From Cycas panzhihuaensis (taxonomy: Eukaryota > Plantae > Cycadophyta), in assembly GCA_023213395.1 (NCBI GenBank), contig CM041465.1, positions 120,907,741-120,971,740 on the forward strand: a DNA stretch of 64,000 bases. Reading direction: 5' to 3'. Below are positions 14,600-27,883 of this stretch, in pieces. A program made the position numbers and the translations under genes. Each line of letters begins with the position of its first letter. The first letter of the stretch is position 1. Under the pieces are notes generated by a model. The model saw only the letters and a list, made by a program, of their open reading frames with translations, did no database searches and was not told the origin of the DNA.

Positions 14600-16300
14600 A
14601 TTTCCTCCTCAGTGAGACAACAATGCCCCCCATTTTGCATATTAAAAATGAAAGCATCACCAATAGAATAATCGGTTGAAATTGGCCGTATCAAATGAGA
14701 AAAAGTTTCATTGGTTGGTGATTGCGGTAAAACCAATCCCTTTGAAAATTGATAAGCCAATTGATTGATATTTTGCCTTTTTTGACTCAGCGGGGTCATT
14801 AATACTGTCTTTGCTTTTCCTTCTCTCCTTTCGTATTAATTACGTTGTTATGACCTCACTCGGTTAATATATGAGAAATATTATTTAACAAAACATGTAT
14901 TTAATTTTTTACCCTTTTTCGATAATTTACCTTTAAGAAGCTTTACAATTAACTATTCCACAGCCGCAAGATTGGCCACGTTGAAGTATAGTCGGCATCT
15001 CCGGATAAAGTAGCGTGGGATACTGTTTTAGCACAGGTGGTTGGGTCCATCCTTTGATTGGTCGCATTTTACATCACATCACAGTGGTGGCATTTTACAT
15101 CAGTTTGCAGACCCACGGGGAGATCCTAAGGTGCATAGGCTCGAAAATTAAAGAGTTCAATTCGCATCGTGCTTCCAAATTTCACACAAACTTTTATACA
15201 ATTGGACATTTATGAAAGGCGGGATAAAAAATATCAAACGAAAATATAATTGTCAAATACACATTTCATATTTGTTCAAGCAAAATTGCCGTTCATCTTC
15301 AGTGCGGCCGTCCATGAAATTCGTTTCATTGGCAGAGCTTTGGAGAACCTCACCGCAAATTCTCTCAGATTTGGGAAAATTTTAATTGCATATTGGTCAT
15401 CCTCCACGGATCTTCATGGGCAATGTTGCTTAGATATTTCGGCCATTTTTCTAATGTAGTTCAATGGCCAACGGAAGACCGAAGGCTGATGCTTTTATTG
15501 CAGCCGCTGGTTCAGGACGGGCAATCTGTTACACATATTAATTTTATCTCTAGATGGAGGGATTTGTGACAACCCACCCGAAAGTGTTTTCCGTTTAGTA
15601 TTCATAAATGCTCATAGCCTTAAACGAAGGAAACGAGGAAATAACGCCACGGCATCCGTAAGGATTTAATGCGTGCAAGAAACGGAAAGGAGGTATTCTT
15701 GATAGGAACAAATAGCAATAAACATATAGGAATTGCATCTAATTTCTTTTGCCTGTATGCTGCCCCTTTATTTTAATTAATGAATTAATATTACCACATA
15801 CGATGCAGGGAAAAGGGCAAGAAAGGTTATTCTTTAGTTGAATTGCGATCGAGACAACTGTCGGGGAGATAGCTAATTGTTCTCTTAGAATTCCTGGTAA
15901 AAAAAGACAAACTTCAGCAATTTTCTACAGTTTCAGTCCCGGTCTGCATATATGTTTTGAGAAATAAAATTAATAAGAAATAACGAACGCTAGTAATCTG
16001 CATACATGCTTTGAGAAACCAAATTTAGTTTGTAAGTAAACGAAAACTATTTATGAGAAATCAAATTTTGTGGGAAATTAAGTGAAAACTATTTATTTGC
16101 ATGCGCACTTTAAGAAGTCATATTTCCTAGGAAATTAAAGAAACGGTATTTATCTGCGTACATCCGTAACGGATGGTGTGATTTGACATGTACCGTTTGC
16201 AAATACGATTTTAGGGAGAACCACCCGCAAAGAGTCGTTTTAATGAAACGATATAGCAACAGTTTTGCCACCGCCCGAACTACTTATCTTAGTTATAATG
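14600..16300 (+). promoter_or_regulatory. Probable proximal promoter region of LKR/SDH (CpG-retaining)
   Basis: CpG-rich relative to its flanks and directly upstream of the gene. TGACTCA 14783-14789, GCCACGT 14975-14981. Confidence 0.55.
15943..16165. repeat. Degenerate ~55-bp tandem repeat (~4 units) in the promoter region
   Basis: Recurrent tctgcata...tgagaaa...aaatt...gaaaactattt units. Confidence 0.6.
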
Positions 16301-16958
16301 GATTATCTAATAACAGATGAAATTTCTGGTAAGTTTCTAGTGGGTGTTTTCCTTTACTATTATTACTTTTAAGGAGCTTGGTTTGGTCCGGTTTGTACAG
16401 TAAGTGTCTTTAAGAGGACAGTAGGAGCCGTTCGTCTGGGAGTCCATAAATAAGGTCTGCGTATTAGGATTGGATGTCAGTGCCCCAAGTATGGTACACT
16501 ACTCTCAAATTAATTGATAAACAGAAATTGGAATCTGTTCCTGCTAGCATTCTGACTATGAAACCTTAGATTTAAGGTAAAGGTTTTGCTCTACTAATAC
16601 TGTCTTCTAAAAGTTGAATCTAGCATAAAGAGGTAGTTCCACAAATAATTTACCATATGGATGAATTACTTTCGAATCCAAAATAGATGTTTTTTTCGTT
16701 CGAGCTCTTCTAGTATAGTTTTTATTTGGTTGAATTTGAATCTAAGTTTGCTTGGATTGGAAATGCTTTAGACATGCTGTTTGGATATACTCTGTTTTTC
16801 CCTTTCTTGTTTTTTTTGAATTTCTGATCCTTCCAGTCTGTCACATAAGAAATAGGATGCATTTATAGAGAGTATCCAACTTTTCAATCACTTTATATAA
16901 GATTTCATCAGTTCTCCTTTAAATGCTTCGTTTCCGGTTATCATGCAGGATTTGAACT

Positions 16959-17207
16959 ATGTTGGGGAATAGAGTTGTTGGCATACTTCGTGAATCTGGC
17001 AACAAGTGGGAGAGGAGAGCTCCTTTGACCCCCTCACACTGTGCACGCCTTTTACATGGTGTGGGTAGGGAAAGTGGAGTTGATCGTATTATTATTCAGC
17101 CCTGCACCAAGCGTATCCATCCGGATACTCTGTATGAGGATGTTGGCTGTGAAATCTCTGAGGATTTGTCAGAATGCGGGCTTATCTTGGGAATCAAGCA
17201 ACCTGAG
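16959..17207 (+). CDS. LKR/SDH: LKR/SDH coding exon 1
   Basis: MLGNRVVGILRESGNKWERRAPLTPSHCARLL...DLSECGLILGIKQPE matches the plant LKR N-terminus. GT donor at 17208; upstream acceptor tgcag ends at 16948. Confidence 0.97.
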
Positions 17208-17322
17208 GTGCTGATAGAAAAGATAGCTTGATTGCATGCTTATGTCCTAACTTCTGAGTACAAGTGTTGTAAGCTATCGTACTGTTTCGAGTTGCTTATA
17301 CCATTGTTTGTTTGTGTTACAG

Positions 17323-17409
17323 CTTGAAAACATTTGGCCAGACAGGGCTTATGCATTTTTCTCACACACCCACAAAGCCCAACCAGAAAACATGCCATTA
17401 CTTGATAAG
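17323..17409 (+). CDS. LKR/SDH: LKR/SDH coding exon 2
   Basis: ttacag|LENIWPDRAYAFFSHTHKAQPENMPLLDK|gtag. Conserved FSHTHKAQ motif; phase 0/0. Too short for the ORF track. Confidence 0.96.
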
Positions 17410-17543
17410 GTAGATGCTTAATAATTGTAGCAGGCAACCTATTTCTGTAGTAGGAAAGCAACAATTGATATGCAATGTCCTCCGAACTTGCAATTTATTC
17501 ATTTTTAATTGTTGATCTAAATCCTATCTTTTGCATTTTTCAG

Positions 17544-17673
17544 GTTCTCACTGAAAGGGTGTCATTATATGATTATGAACTTATTGTTGGGGAAAACGGA
17601 AAACGATTGTTGGCATTTGGCAAATATGCTGGGAATGCAGGAATGGTAGACTTCTTACGTGGCTTAGGAGAAA
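17544..17673 (+). CDS. LKR/SDH: LKR/SDH coding exon 3
   Basis: ttcag|VLTERVSLYDYELIVGENGKRLLAFGKYAGNAGMVDFLRGLGE+A|gtatgg. Confidence 0.96.
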
Positions 17674-18769
17674 GTATGGCCTTCATATCTGACACAGATT
17701 ATTTTGTTTTGGTTTATTTGATACTTTGCTTATCTTTTCTTTCCTTTTCATTTAATTGTAACGTAAGAAAGACAGATGGACCACATAGAAATTGCACATC
17801 TGTTTGTCAGAATTACAGGGTTACTCCATGTGTACCAAAAGTAATGTCAGTTGTATAGTGCTCAATAAATGTATAGGTCTTTCTATTGGAGTGTAATTTT
17901 TGAGAATAGCATACACCAAAGATCAATAGCCTCTAGAGGGTTTAATTTGTCTTCTTTCTTAGTTGTAGGCTACACTATTAACATTCAGGACATATTGATT
18001 TCTTCTTTGTTCCCTCTTGTTGACAATAATGATTTGATTAATTGGAAGAATTACTCTCTTAAACCAAGGGGGAAAAAATAGTGAAAAGTCATGAGTAACC
18101 ATTCCACTTAGACTAGGGATTTATAGAGGCTAGAAGACCATATCCAAACATCCTCATAGAGGAGGTCACCATAGAGGATGTTGTTTTTCAATCCCCACTT
18201 ACTTTGGGCTTCTCACATTCCCATAACCACAATACGCCAGTTAGGTCACCACAAAGGTTGTCAATAGCAATGCTCCATACACTTGTTTACATGAAACATT
18301 AGAACAATAAGAAAAATAAAACTTTACCTTGGGTGGCCTTGCTAGGCAAGTTGTGGCCACTCGGATCATCATGCATAGGCATTGCATCTATGTTGACCTT
18401 TTGTGCAACCTAGTGATGGTGGAGTCATTCATACATCATCGGAAGTGGGAGCTATGGAATCTATAATAAACGGGTAATGCAAAGGAATACAATAGTATGG
18501 CAGTATAGGAAAAAGGAAAAAAAAGGAAAGAATTACAAATAAAATACCCATAGGAAGCTTCTAGGTGAATTGTTTATGCATCTATTCCTTCTTGCTACAA
18601 GCCTTCCCATTGCATCCCTAGTGCATTATGAAATTAGCTAAGATTCCTTGGGCAGTACATTCTTCTTTTGAGTGTTGGGTAAGTTGCATGAAGTGAAAAG
18701 GGAATTCATCACGGGTTAGATTATGCCTTTGTAACCACCATGCAAACTACTAATTTCAGTCATTTTAAT

Positions 18770-18985
18770 AACATAAGTGAACTCAACCTTGAAATAAAAA
18801 ACTAACTCAAGTCACTTTTCTAACTTAAGTGAACTCAACATCAAAATAGGAATCTAACTTAACTATACACTACCTTGAATCACCTTTATAACTTCAGTGA
18901 ACTCACCATCAAAATTGAACTTAACTATACACTAACTTGAGTCACTCACTTTCATAAATTCAATCAACTCAATATCAAAATAGAT
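18770..18985. repeat. Degenerate 50-70 bp tandem repeats (~4 units) in intron 3
   Basis: Recurrent agtgaactca...tcaaaat...aacttaactatacacta...gtcact. Confidence 0.7.
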
Positions 18986-19959
18986 TAGGACTGCATATCT
19001 AGATTTATATTGTATGGATGAGTGAATAAGGGGTCATATGATCTTGTTGGTTGTCATTTCAACACAAATTTATACAACCCCCTATTTCACTTCACTCCAT
19101 ATACAAACAATGCCTTGTGTCGCCACATGTTTAACATCACAAAGCCATATAATTGATTGTTTATCCTCGTTTCATATACAACAATAGGAAAAATAAAACT
19201 TGAGCCATAGTTGCATTGCTAGGTTAGTTGTGAGTGTTCTTATTGTCATACGTAGGCATTGCATCTGTGCACAAGTCATGTCCATAGTTTGAATTGCCTT
19301 CTTATGCTACATTCATCCATTTTCAATGATGGTAGAGACAATCTTTCACAACACATAGCTATACAAATTGTTGTTCCACTTCACTTCATATACAAACAAT
19401 GCCTTGCATTTTGCACACTTGACATTATAGAGCCACATAACTTCTTGTTTTTCTTCACCTCATATACAGATGTCCTATGTCATCACACACTCCTAGTCTA
19501 CACTAAATTGCATGCTATTGTGAGGGTGTGGATTCATCCACCAAAAGACAACAACATAACCAACCATATGGGCATCCTCCTGTTAAGTAGAATGGCCTGC
19601 TTTCTAGATGGTCCATAAATGCGTTGAACAAGATCGAAACCTCCTAGAGCACCTCAATTGGCACAAAAACTCTTGCAATAAAACTTTAGTTGTTGCTACA
19701 GATGGACACAAAGAAAACCCTTTGAAGACGTAGAGAATGGATGCTACTTATGCTATCTTCCACTCCTTTTGCTTGTCTCCCCTTACTCTTTGAGGATATC
19801 CACCTTTTTGCCCGCAATCATTACATGGATATGACACGGGCTAGGAGGGAATACCAATAGGGAAGGAGAAAGAACCCAATAGCTCCCTTTCCTCATTCTC
19901 TTTGCCTCCAAGTTAATTTTCTTTATTGCTTAATATAAGTTACAAATTCTAATATACAG

Positions 19960-21560
19960 GAAAGTAGAAGATATGAAGACCAAGATTGAAGATTTAAAGA
20001 CATTAAATATTAAGGGGGAGTGTTGGAATATACGATACTTTGACATATCTCATTTTTAATGTGATATAGTGGACCCATACAAACTTTCATTCACTAAAAG
20101 TATTAATAGATGTGACATATATAGTTATTCATGTACACATCCTATTAGATAGTTATTTATAAGGTTCTTGATAGATCCATTTTTACATTTTTCACAATCA
20201 AATTGAAATATGTTCTAATAACTTGGACAATATAATTTTATTCTATTATGTTGTCCCTTTTAACTCGTGCTCTTGGATAATATGCCAAATGCAAAATGTT
20301 TATTGATAGCTCTATGGTACCTTACCAAAATATTTATGACAAGTGGAATGTGCTTTAACATCAAATAGGGATAGTATTATTTATTTTGATTATTGCTATA
20401 TTTTTATCAAAATATATTTTATTAGGATTGTAGATTTAGCATATATTAGTGACTGTAACATTTTCTCTTCATTTATCTTTCTCATTGTGTTCTTAAAATG
20501 CTTGGTATAGTGCTAGGGCTTTCTTGGCTTTCTTCCTTATCCTTATGAATAAAGAAAGGAGTGGGGGAACACTTGCTCGCTTGTTCAAATGGACCCTATA
20601 TTCACCTCTCCTTATACATACCTTTTGGGCAACTCGCTCTCTATTAATTCTTTATTTTCCTAAGGGCTTTCTTGGCTCTTTTGAGCTTTAGCAACGAAGA
20701 GAGTTATGGTCCTAGGTCACAATAGGACACCATCTTTTTCTCATTGAATATCTCAACCTTGGTGTTAATTTGATTTCATCACCAAAGATCTTTTTTTGGA
20801 GCACTACAATATGCCTCTTCTTTTTTGTTTTTTTTTTTTTTGAGACATTTTTTAAGTGAACATATTCCACTTATTGTTTTTGTCTTTTGTCGATTACATA
20901 CTCTTATGGCCAATGCATATCAATTATGTTGTCTTTAATTGACAATTTTCATAGAGGAAAGTTAACAAATATTTATGATGCTCAAGCTCATTCAATTCTT
21001 CTCCTTGGGCACTCCAATATGCATTGCCTATGGCTTATGTGAGCTCATGTGACTATTTAGATGTGTGATATTTCCAACCTTTTCAATGGCCATCCCCATG
21101 GTTATGCTCCCACATATGAAATATAGGAATGGTGCCCAGGCCTTACTTTCAAGCACAGGATCATCTATCCACTAGGTAGGGTCCTATGGTGCATTATATT
21201 TACCACAAATGGTAGACATACCTTCAAACAAGGAGGGGGCATCCAAGTTCCTTGGCTTATCCTAGTGCAGTGGCTATCTGTTAGCTAGGAACTAGTGATT
21301 AGTGAGATTAGGGAATTTATTTGCTCTCATCTTGTCAATATCCAATTGTAGCAATATTCACCACTACAAAGCACCAAAAATGACAATTGTCAAAACAACT
21401 TGGTTTAGGATTGGGGTGGCATCCCCTCAAATAAGGATGATGTGTGTGTTGTTGGCTTGGCTGACATTGCGTGTGCTTGGATTGCCATTTGCCCTTCCCT
21501 CTTAAGAAGCTCTATTATAAATTGCTTAGGAAGCATGTATGTAATTTGTATAGGTTGGGC
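19960..21560 (+). mobile_element. Decayed retrotransposon relics in intron 3
   Basis: Copia-type PPT/LTR junction taagggggag|TGTTGG at 20011-20026. Weak chromodomain-like 'LVQW' trace near 21260. Boundaries unclear. Confidence 0.45.
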
Positions 21561-21808
21561 ATCATTAATTTAGTGGACATAATCAAATCAGATATAATGC
21601 AGAAAGAATTAATCATATCACTTGAAAATGGTCTATCTTAGTTGATTAGATCCTCTTTGATCAGAGAGAAGCCAAGTAAATGAAACTGTTAGAAAACCGA
21701 TGCAACTTCGTGATGAATCAATGTGGTTGTACTTCTATCTGTGTGATTCTGAGGCAAACCAACACAATTCAGCCTACTTTGACAAAAAATATGATGTTGA
21801 ATTTGGCT

Positions 21809-22473
21809 TGTTAGAAAGATGTATAATCTAATGGTAAATAGTATGGAGCTACAAAGATGTTGTACAGACTTTTATGATCTTGATATTCTCTTTCAATTTA
21901 GAAAATAAAAGAGAAAGGAAACATTCACAAAGATATTGTGAAATTGGAGAAAAGGATGAAATAATTATTATTAGCTTGACTGTCTTCTCCTCTCTTAAGA
22001 AATTCTTTTGGAATTCTCTCTTTAGGTGATGCTTGAGAGGAATGGGAATTCCATCAACAATCTTTTTTATAGACATTTGTCTTCTTTCCCTTTGGTAGAA
22101 AAAGCAATGAACTTTTTCTCATATTTATTTTTTTATTGGTTGAAAAGGTGGCTATTTCCTATTGATAGAAAATATAATTGATTCCTATTGACAGAAAAAA
22201 CTGCTACTAACTAATAAATACAACTAATTGCATTATTGATGAGCTTTAATAACTAATTGCTATATGCAATTAACTAATTAATGCTTATCAAGTGTGGTAC
22301 CCTTGGCTGACTTTTGACTGACTTTTTTTTTTCAATTTTCACCAGAAATGAGACCTTTCTCTAGGGATTAGATTGTGATTGATAGAGACTCCCGGGGTTG
22401 CGCCATTCTTTTGCTCGCCCTTTTTCACTTTTTCTCTAGATTTTGAGATCAGATGTTTTGGGCACTTCTAACA
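21809..22473. mobile_element. Candidate solo LTR
   Basis: Perfect 8-bp inverted termini TGTTAGAA...TTCTAACA; no convincing TSD. Confidence 0.4.
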
Positions 22474-22746
22474 TGTACTTTATTGTATGATATATTTCAT
22501 GATATAATTTATAATTTTTATTTAATACTCCCAAACATGTGTGATCAATATGCCTGATTTTGGAATATGCAAATATTTGCACACTTCTACCAGATACAAG
22601 TATATATTATCAGGTTAGTGTCATAGTAATGTAATTGACATTTCAGTTTTTCGGTTTGATTGAAAGGATTGAGAGTTTCTTACATGCTCTTCATTTTTAA
22701 TATAAGTTTGGGCTTTCAACTGTTTAAAACTTGTCACTTGTTTCAG

Positions 22747-22920
22747 GACTTTTAAACCTTGGATATTCCACACCGTTCCTCTCTCTAGGGTCTTCTTATA
22801 TGTATTCCTCTCTCAGTGCTGCAAAGGCTGCAGTGATTGCTGTGGGTGAAGAGTTAGCTGTTTCGGGTCTTCCATCTGCAATCTGTCCCTTGATTTTTGT
22901 TTTTACTGGTTCAGGAAATG
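22747..22920 (+). CDS. LKR/SDH: LKR/SDH coding exon 4
   Basis: ttcag|(R)LLNLGYSTPFLSLGSSYMYSSLSAAKAAV...ICPLIFVFTGSGN+G|gtaagg. Phase is compatible with exon 3. Confidence 0.96.
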
Positions 22921-23138
22921 GTAAGGAGTAATATTTCCCTTGCCTTTTCTTCAAATTATTTTAAGATATTTCATTTTTCATTGAGGTGGCTCTCTCCTTT
23001 ATGGTATGAGGATTACTACTTCTTAGATTTACTTGTGGCTCTTCCATTTTCTTCTTGAGAAATCTCCTTTTGAGCTCTTTTCTCCACTTTTCTCTGTTTT
23101 CTTCCAGCTTTTTAATAGTTTGTGTTTTGTCCTTGCAG

Positions 23139-23218
23139 TATCACAGGGTGCACAAGAGATTTTTCGGCTTTTACCTCATACTTTTGTGGATCCATCTAGA
23201 CTTCGTGAACTGACAGAG
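23139..23218 (+). CDS. LKR/SDH: LKR/SDH coding exon 5
   Basis: ttgcag|(V)SQGAQEIFRLLPHTFVDPSRLRELTE|gtgac. Confidence 0.93.
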
Positions 23219-24335
23219 GTGACAAACTCTGAATCTTTTAACCTCGCATTAGTTGCTTTTCTTTTTTCAAGAAAGATGCTAGAAACTGACTTTGCTGTAA
23301 TAATGAACTTTCAATTACATGATGTGTTCTCTTCAGCTTGACCATCAAACATTATGAATGTTATCATTATCTAGATTTACCATTAATCATTAGGATGTAC
23401 AAGAGATCGGTGTTGCTAGGACAGAGGTACAAAATTCAGTACCATGCAGAACTGGGTACATTGTAACCTAGGAAGATGGTTCAACTCTAATGACACAAAA
23501 GCAAAATTTTAAGCTTCATAAAATTCTGTTTTTCTGTGGACTTCTTGATGGTTATCAGTTGTGGATGACTCTTTTGAATGAGAAATTAACCTGCCAAATG
23601 TGAATTCTTTTATTTTAGCTTATTTTATTTTGAACACAGATGCGCAAAGTTGCCCAAAACTGGTGATTCCTTTCTATCATCCTCTGTTGATGACAAAATG
23701 TAGTGATCTCTAAGTTTTCGTCTTTTTCGTTCTTCCTATTAATCTTATAAGAATTAGTCTGTTCTGTACTGGAATCTCTCTTTGCAGTCCCTCTACAGAC
23801 TTTGAATTTCCTACATCTTTACCATTTTGGGTTAACCTTTTTCAATTTTTTCTTCCCTAACATGGGAAACAATTGACATTTTCCTAGAATGTTTCTCAGT
23901 TCCAACTTGTCAGTATCATCAATCATCTCTGCTGTTTATAAGCCATACAGACATGGGAAATTGGATTCTCCTCAGAATTTGGTGTCTTGACATTCTACTT
24001 GAAGCTACAAGCAAGTGATGTCTAGGGAAGCCAAACATGATTTGGACTCGCACATTTAAGAATTCTTTTCCATGCATATTTTGATGAAGGGTTTGTTTCG
24101 GAAATTGATGACAAGATTACTTTTCAGAGCAAACTTTTACTGAATAAGATCTTTCAATAAGCAATGCCAAGAGTTTTTTGGAAGGGCCCATGCTATTGCA
24201 ACCCTTGAGCAATGAAAAAGATGTGGGTGATGAAAGTTCCAACAGCTGCAGTGCACTTCAAATTTTTTTCCAAACTTGAAGCATTCACTCTTCTGATCCA
24301 GTGCAGTGATTGAAAGTGTTTGACTTCCATTGCAG

Positions 24336-24449
24336 GCTCAGAACTCTTCCAAGGGATTGAAAAAGAGGCAAAACTTCCAAGTATATGGCTGTATTGTGAC
24401 ATCCAAGGATATGGTTGCACCGAAGGATTCTTCAAAGTCTTTTGATAAA
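24336..24449 (+). CDS. LKR/SDH: LKR/SDH coding exon 6
   Basis: ttgcag|AQNSSKGLKKRQNFQVYGCIVTSKDMVAPKDSSKSFDK|gtaagt. Confidence 0.94.
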
Positions 24450-24931
24450 GTAAGTATCTGCAGGTGCTTTGCTTATCCCAAATGTCAATTTTCAGTAGCA
24501 CACATATCAATAGTGGAAGATTTAAATTAAGATTTTAACTGAACACAACCATGGATTTCAAACTGCAAATAAAAAAAAAAAAGAAAAAAAGAGGAAAAAT
24601 ATTGTATGCAGGATTAGTGGGGTTACAGAGAAACAAACAAATATTATGGTGCTATTTTCCTGAAATGGAAGAAAAAATTTGTATCTTTTAACTAGCAGGA
24701 CATACAAACCATACAAACAGGACTATTTGATGCAGCAGATTAAATTAGAGTTTTGTTAAGGTCTATAGGCGACCAAAAGCAATCTATGGTACAGGTTAAA
24801 AAACAATAAGTGGGTAGTATAAGGATGAAAGCCGAAAGCATTTCTGGAATTTTCAATTGGGGTAGCTGGGCTAAAAGAAACACTCCATGCTACTAGCAAC
24901 AAGATGGCCAAATAAATAAAGACCACAGAAG

Positions 24932-25148
24932 GATGGCCTGCATTGAACCCTGGACCTCAATTCTGTACAGGTTCAAACTCTAGGATTCTACTCTGTAATG
25001 CTTTAGATTTCTAAAACCTTCTCTCTTGGGCCACTAGTTGGTGATCCAAAAAAATTTCACATAGATGGCCTCATGCAGGGCCCACATTGAACCCTGAACC
25101 TCATTTCTCTACAGTTTAAAAGCCTAGGGTTCTACCCTGTAATGCTTT
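24932..25148 (-). repeat. Two ~75-bp direct repeats, possibly tRNA-derived SINE relics
   Basis: cattgaaccctg(g/a)acctca...ttctacYctgtaatgcttt occurs twice. The revcomp contains a B-box-like gaggtYcagggttcaat. Confidence 0.45.
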
Positions 25149-26853
25149 TTCCACAACCTTTTATTTTCCCTCTTGTTACACTAGTTTGTGATAAGCAGTT
25201 TCCATTTTCCAGTTAAATCTTAAGTTTATTTTTCAATCACACTCGAACCGATCTTTGGCATAATATGCAGATGATTTGAGTCCAGTTGACTGTTGAGATG
25301 TTTGCATCTTGCGATCAGCGTCTTTGGACTTAGCACTTATCAGAAGTTGTTTATTTTTGGGATGTTCTTACTGTTGATTATAGATTCCTGGATGAAATCT
25401 GGGTAAAGGAATTGCTCAATGAATGGCTAATTCGTTCATTGTCATCAGCATATGCATGTGCAGCTAAACCAATAGGTTTCTTTTCAATTATTAGGTCATA
25501 CTCTCTATTCACTTTGGAGGCCTCTTCAAAATGTTGAGCGAGGCTACCTTAGATTTCTGCATATATATTACATGCTAGGTTTTCTGTGATGCCCAATTTC
25601 ACTCAGTATCCCTATTTCCAATCTAAATCTGCATGCAAGTCTACTAATGCCCTAGATTTCCCCTCTGTTATGAAGTAGTACAAAAATGTTAATTCTTCCA
25701 CACTTGAACCGATTTCCCAATTAAGGGAATTTTCCAGTAGAGGATCCTACTCCATATGATTTATGTGGAGCATGCCTGCATTATAAAAATTTCTTGTGCT
25801 GGAAAGGAATTTGATGACTGCCTTTTTTTCCAATATTATTTTTAATATCTGGCTCATACTGCAGGTTTTTTTCAGTGTTCCTCTTTGATGAAAATTAGGA
25901 ATGCAGTGTCAAACTTTGATGCATATCCTTTTTAATAGCTAGTGCCTTGGCAGGCCCATTCATTCAGATATCCTAACAAGCAATTCTATATCTTGAGGTG
26001 GAAACCCTTTACCAAGATTATCACATATTCATTCTTTCGATCCTCTACAAAAATATCTTCTCCTTGTTGTTTCTGACCTCTTGCATGCTGAGGAAATTTA
26101 ATATGTAAATTTTTTTTTCCAATCTGATGTAATTTTTATCCCAACTTTGAGCATTCACAAGAAGCACATAGAACTGGAGGCAAATTTCTGTACACTATTT
26201 ATATTGCATTTGTGGTAACAAGAAGTAAACCTGATGTATTTCACTCTCCCTGCAGCCATAATCATATTTCCCTTTGTAAAAGTGATCGGTGATGTGACCC
26301 ATCCTGAACATTCAGCTCTAAATCATATCTGTTGTGCATAACAATGTTATGTAGCATACCAAAAATAGATGATTCTTACTTTTCAATTAAGCATATTGAG
26401 GCTACTCTAGTTACTTGTATGCTTTCTCAATACATCTGTTTGGAGAGTGTTTGGTTGCTCCTTAAGTCACTGATTGTGTTGCTTGTCATGAATTTATTGG
26501 ATCTAAACATACAACAAAGCTGAGCAATCACATAGTTAGTGACAATAGGGAGAATACCATTGGGAATGCACCTCTTGAGACATAACAAGTATTCTCACAC
26601 TGATATACACATTCTCTCATGTATGTCAGTCTCTTTATGTTGCCTTGGCCAGTTTTGTAAATGATGGGCATTTAGATGTGTTTGGGAAGAGAGAATGGAT
26701 AACCTTTTCAATGATGATAAGGCCATTTTTGGTTGATTTATACTACATCAAAATGAAATTTTACTATAATAGAGCTATAACAATTTTCACTTATGATGCA
26801 CAGAATTTTCCACATTGTTGCTTACGCCTTGGTTTCTTGCACCATATTTGCAG

Positions 26854-26929
26854 GTTGATTACTATGCACACCCAGAACTTTATTACCCCATGTTCCATGA
26901 AAGAATAGCTCCATATGCCTCCGTCATAG
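26854..26929 (+). CDS. LKR/SDH: LKR/SDH coding exon 7 (last exon found in window)
   Basis: ttgcag|VDYYAHPELYYPMFHERIAPYASVI+G|gtattc. Matches the conserved DYYAHPE...FHE.IAPYASV motif. Confidence 0.95.
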
Positions 26930-27883
26930 GTATTCCAGCATGCTATAATGATAATGACGATGTGTGTAAATGTGTCATTTTTTGATTAATACATGAGAAA
27001 AGGAGCACAACATTTGGTTGGGTTGATTTATTTGTGTGCATAATTTTCAGTTATGCTATTGCATTCTCTTCTTTGCATTATCAAAACTAGTTAGAAAGGC
27101 TATTGTCAATGGTAGAATTATGCTCTTCTTGTTTATGCTAGTAGGTGGTTGTTTATTTTAGTTATGCTTATGTTGTTGTTTTCACATATTTAATCACATG
27201 TTAGAGAGTTGGACTTAACCTTTCTCCTTGAAGCATGGCTCTAGCTAGTGTGTGTGCATTAATGCATTGATTAAGACATGGCAACTTCACACACTCTTAT
27301 CTGTGAGTTTGTTGTAACTTGTTTATTAATATTGAAAGTATAGGTATAGAAGTGTCTACGACATAATATGGCATGTTGTAGGATAATGGTTGTCACAAAA
27401 CCCTCCTTGTCGAGCTTGTTAACACAACATAATGGGGATGATATTAGGGATTTTGCCTATTATTTGTTAATTGTATTAATTCACACAGGTATTTCACACA
27501 ACACATATACACACAATAGATAGTAAGAGTCTTCCATGTGGAAGCTATGGGTATGAGAAGATATGGTCATGGTTATTAGAACTCATTGTTGGGCATTTTC
27601 ATGAGCATGACCCTTAGTTGTCCATTGTTAGAATGAATGGCCACCCGCTTATAGTACCATTAACCTCCCTCTATAATGCCCCAGTCTATCACATAGCACG
27701 ACCCACTATGTTGACACAAAAACGATATCCAGGCTTCATTTTAGGGCACAAGATTAACCTCACACAATGGTTATCATCCTTTGATTTGCCTTGTAGAATT
27801 TTTTTTGAGCTTCACAACTCATCTTAGAAGCACTAGACATGTGCATCTCTAGGTGGTGGTAATTAAGGATAGTAGGACACAAT

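Noticed and set aside
17475-17858. Single-ORF calls over LKR exons (also 22731, 23033, 24330, 26645)
   Set aside because: Read-through into introns or a wrong frame; replaced by splice-site-defined exons.
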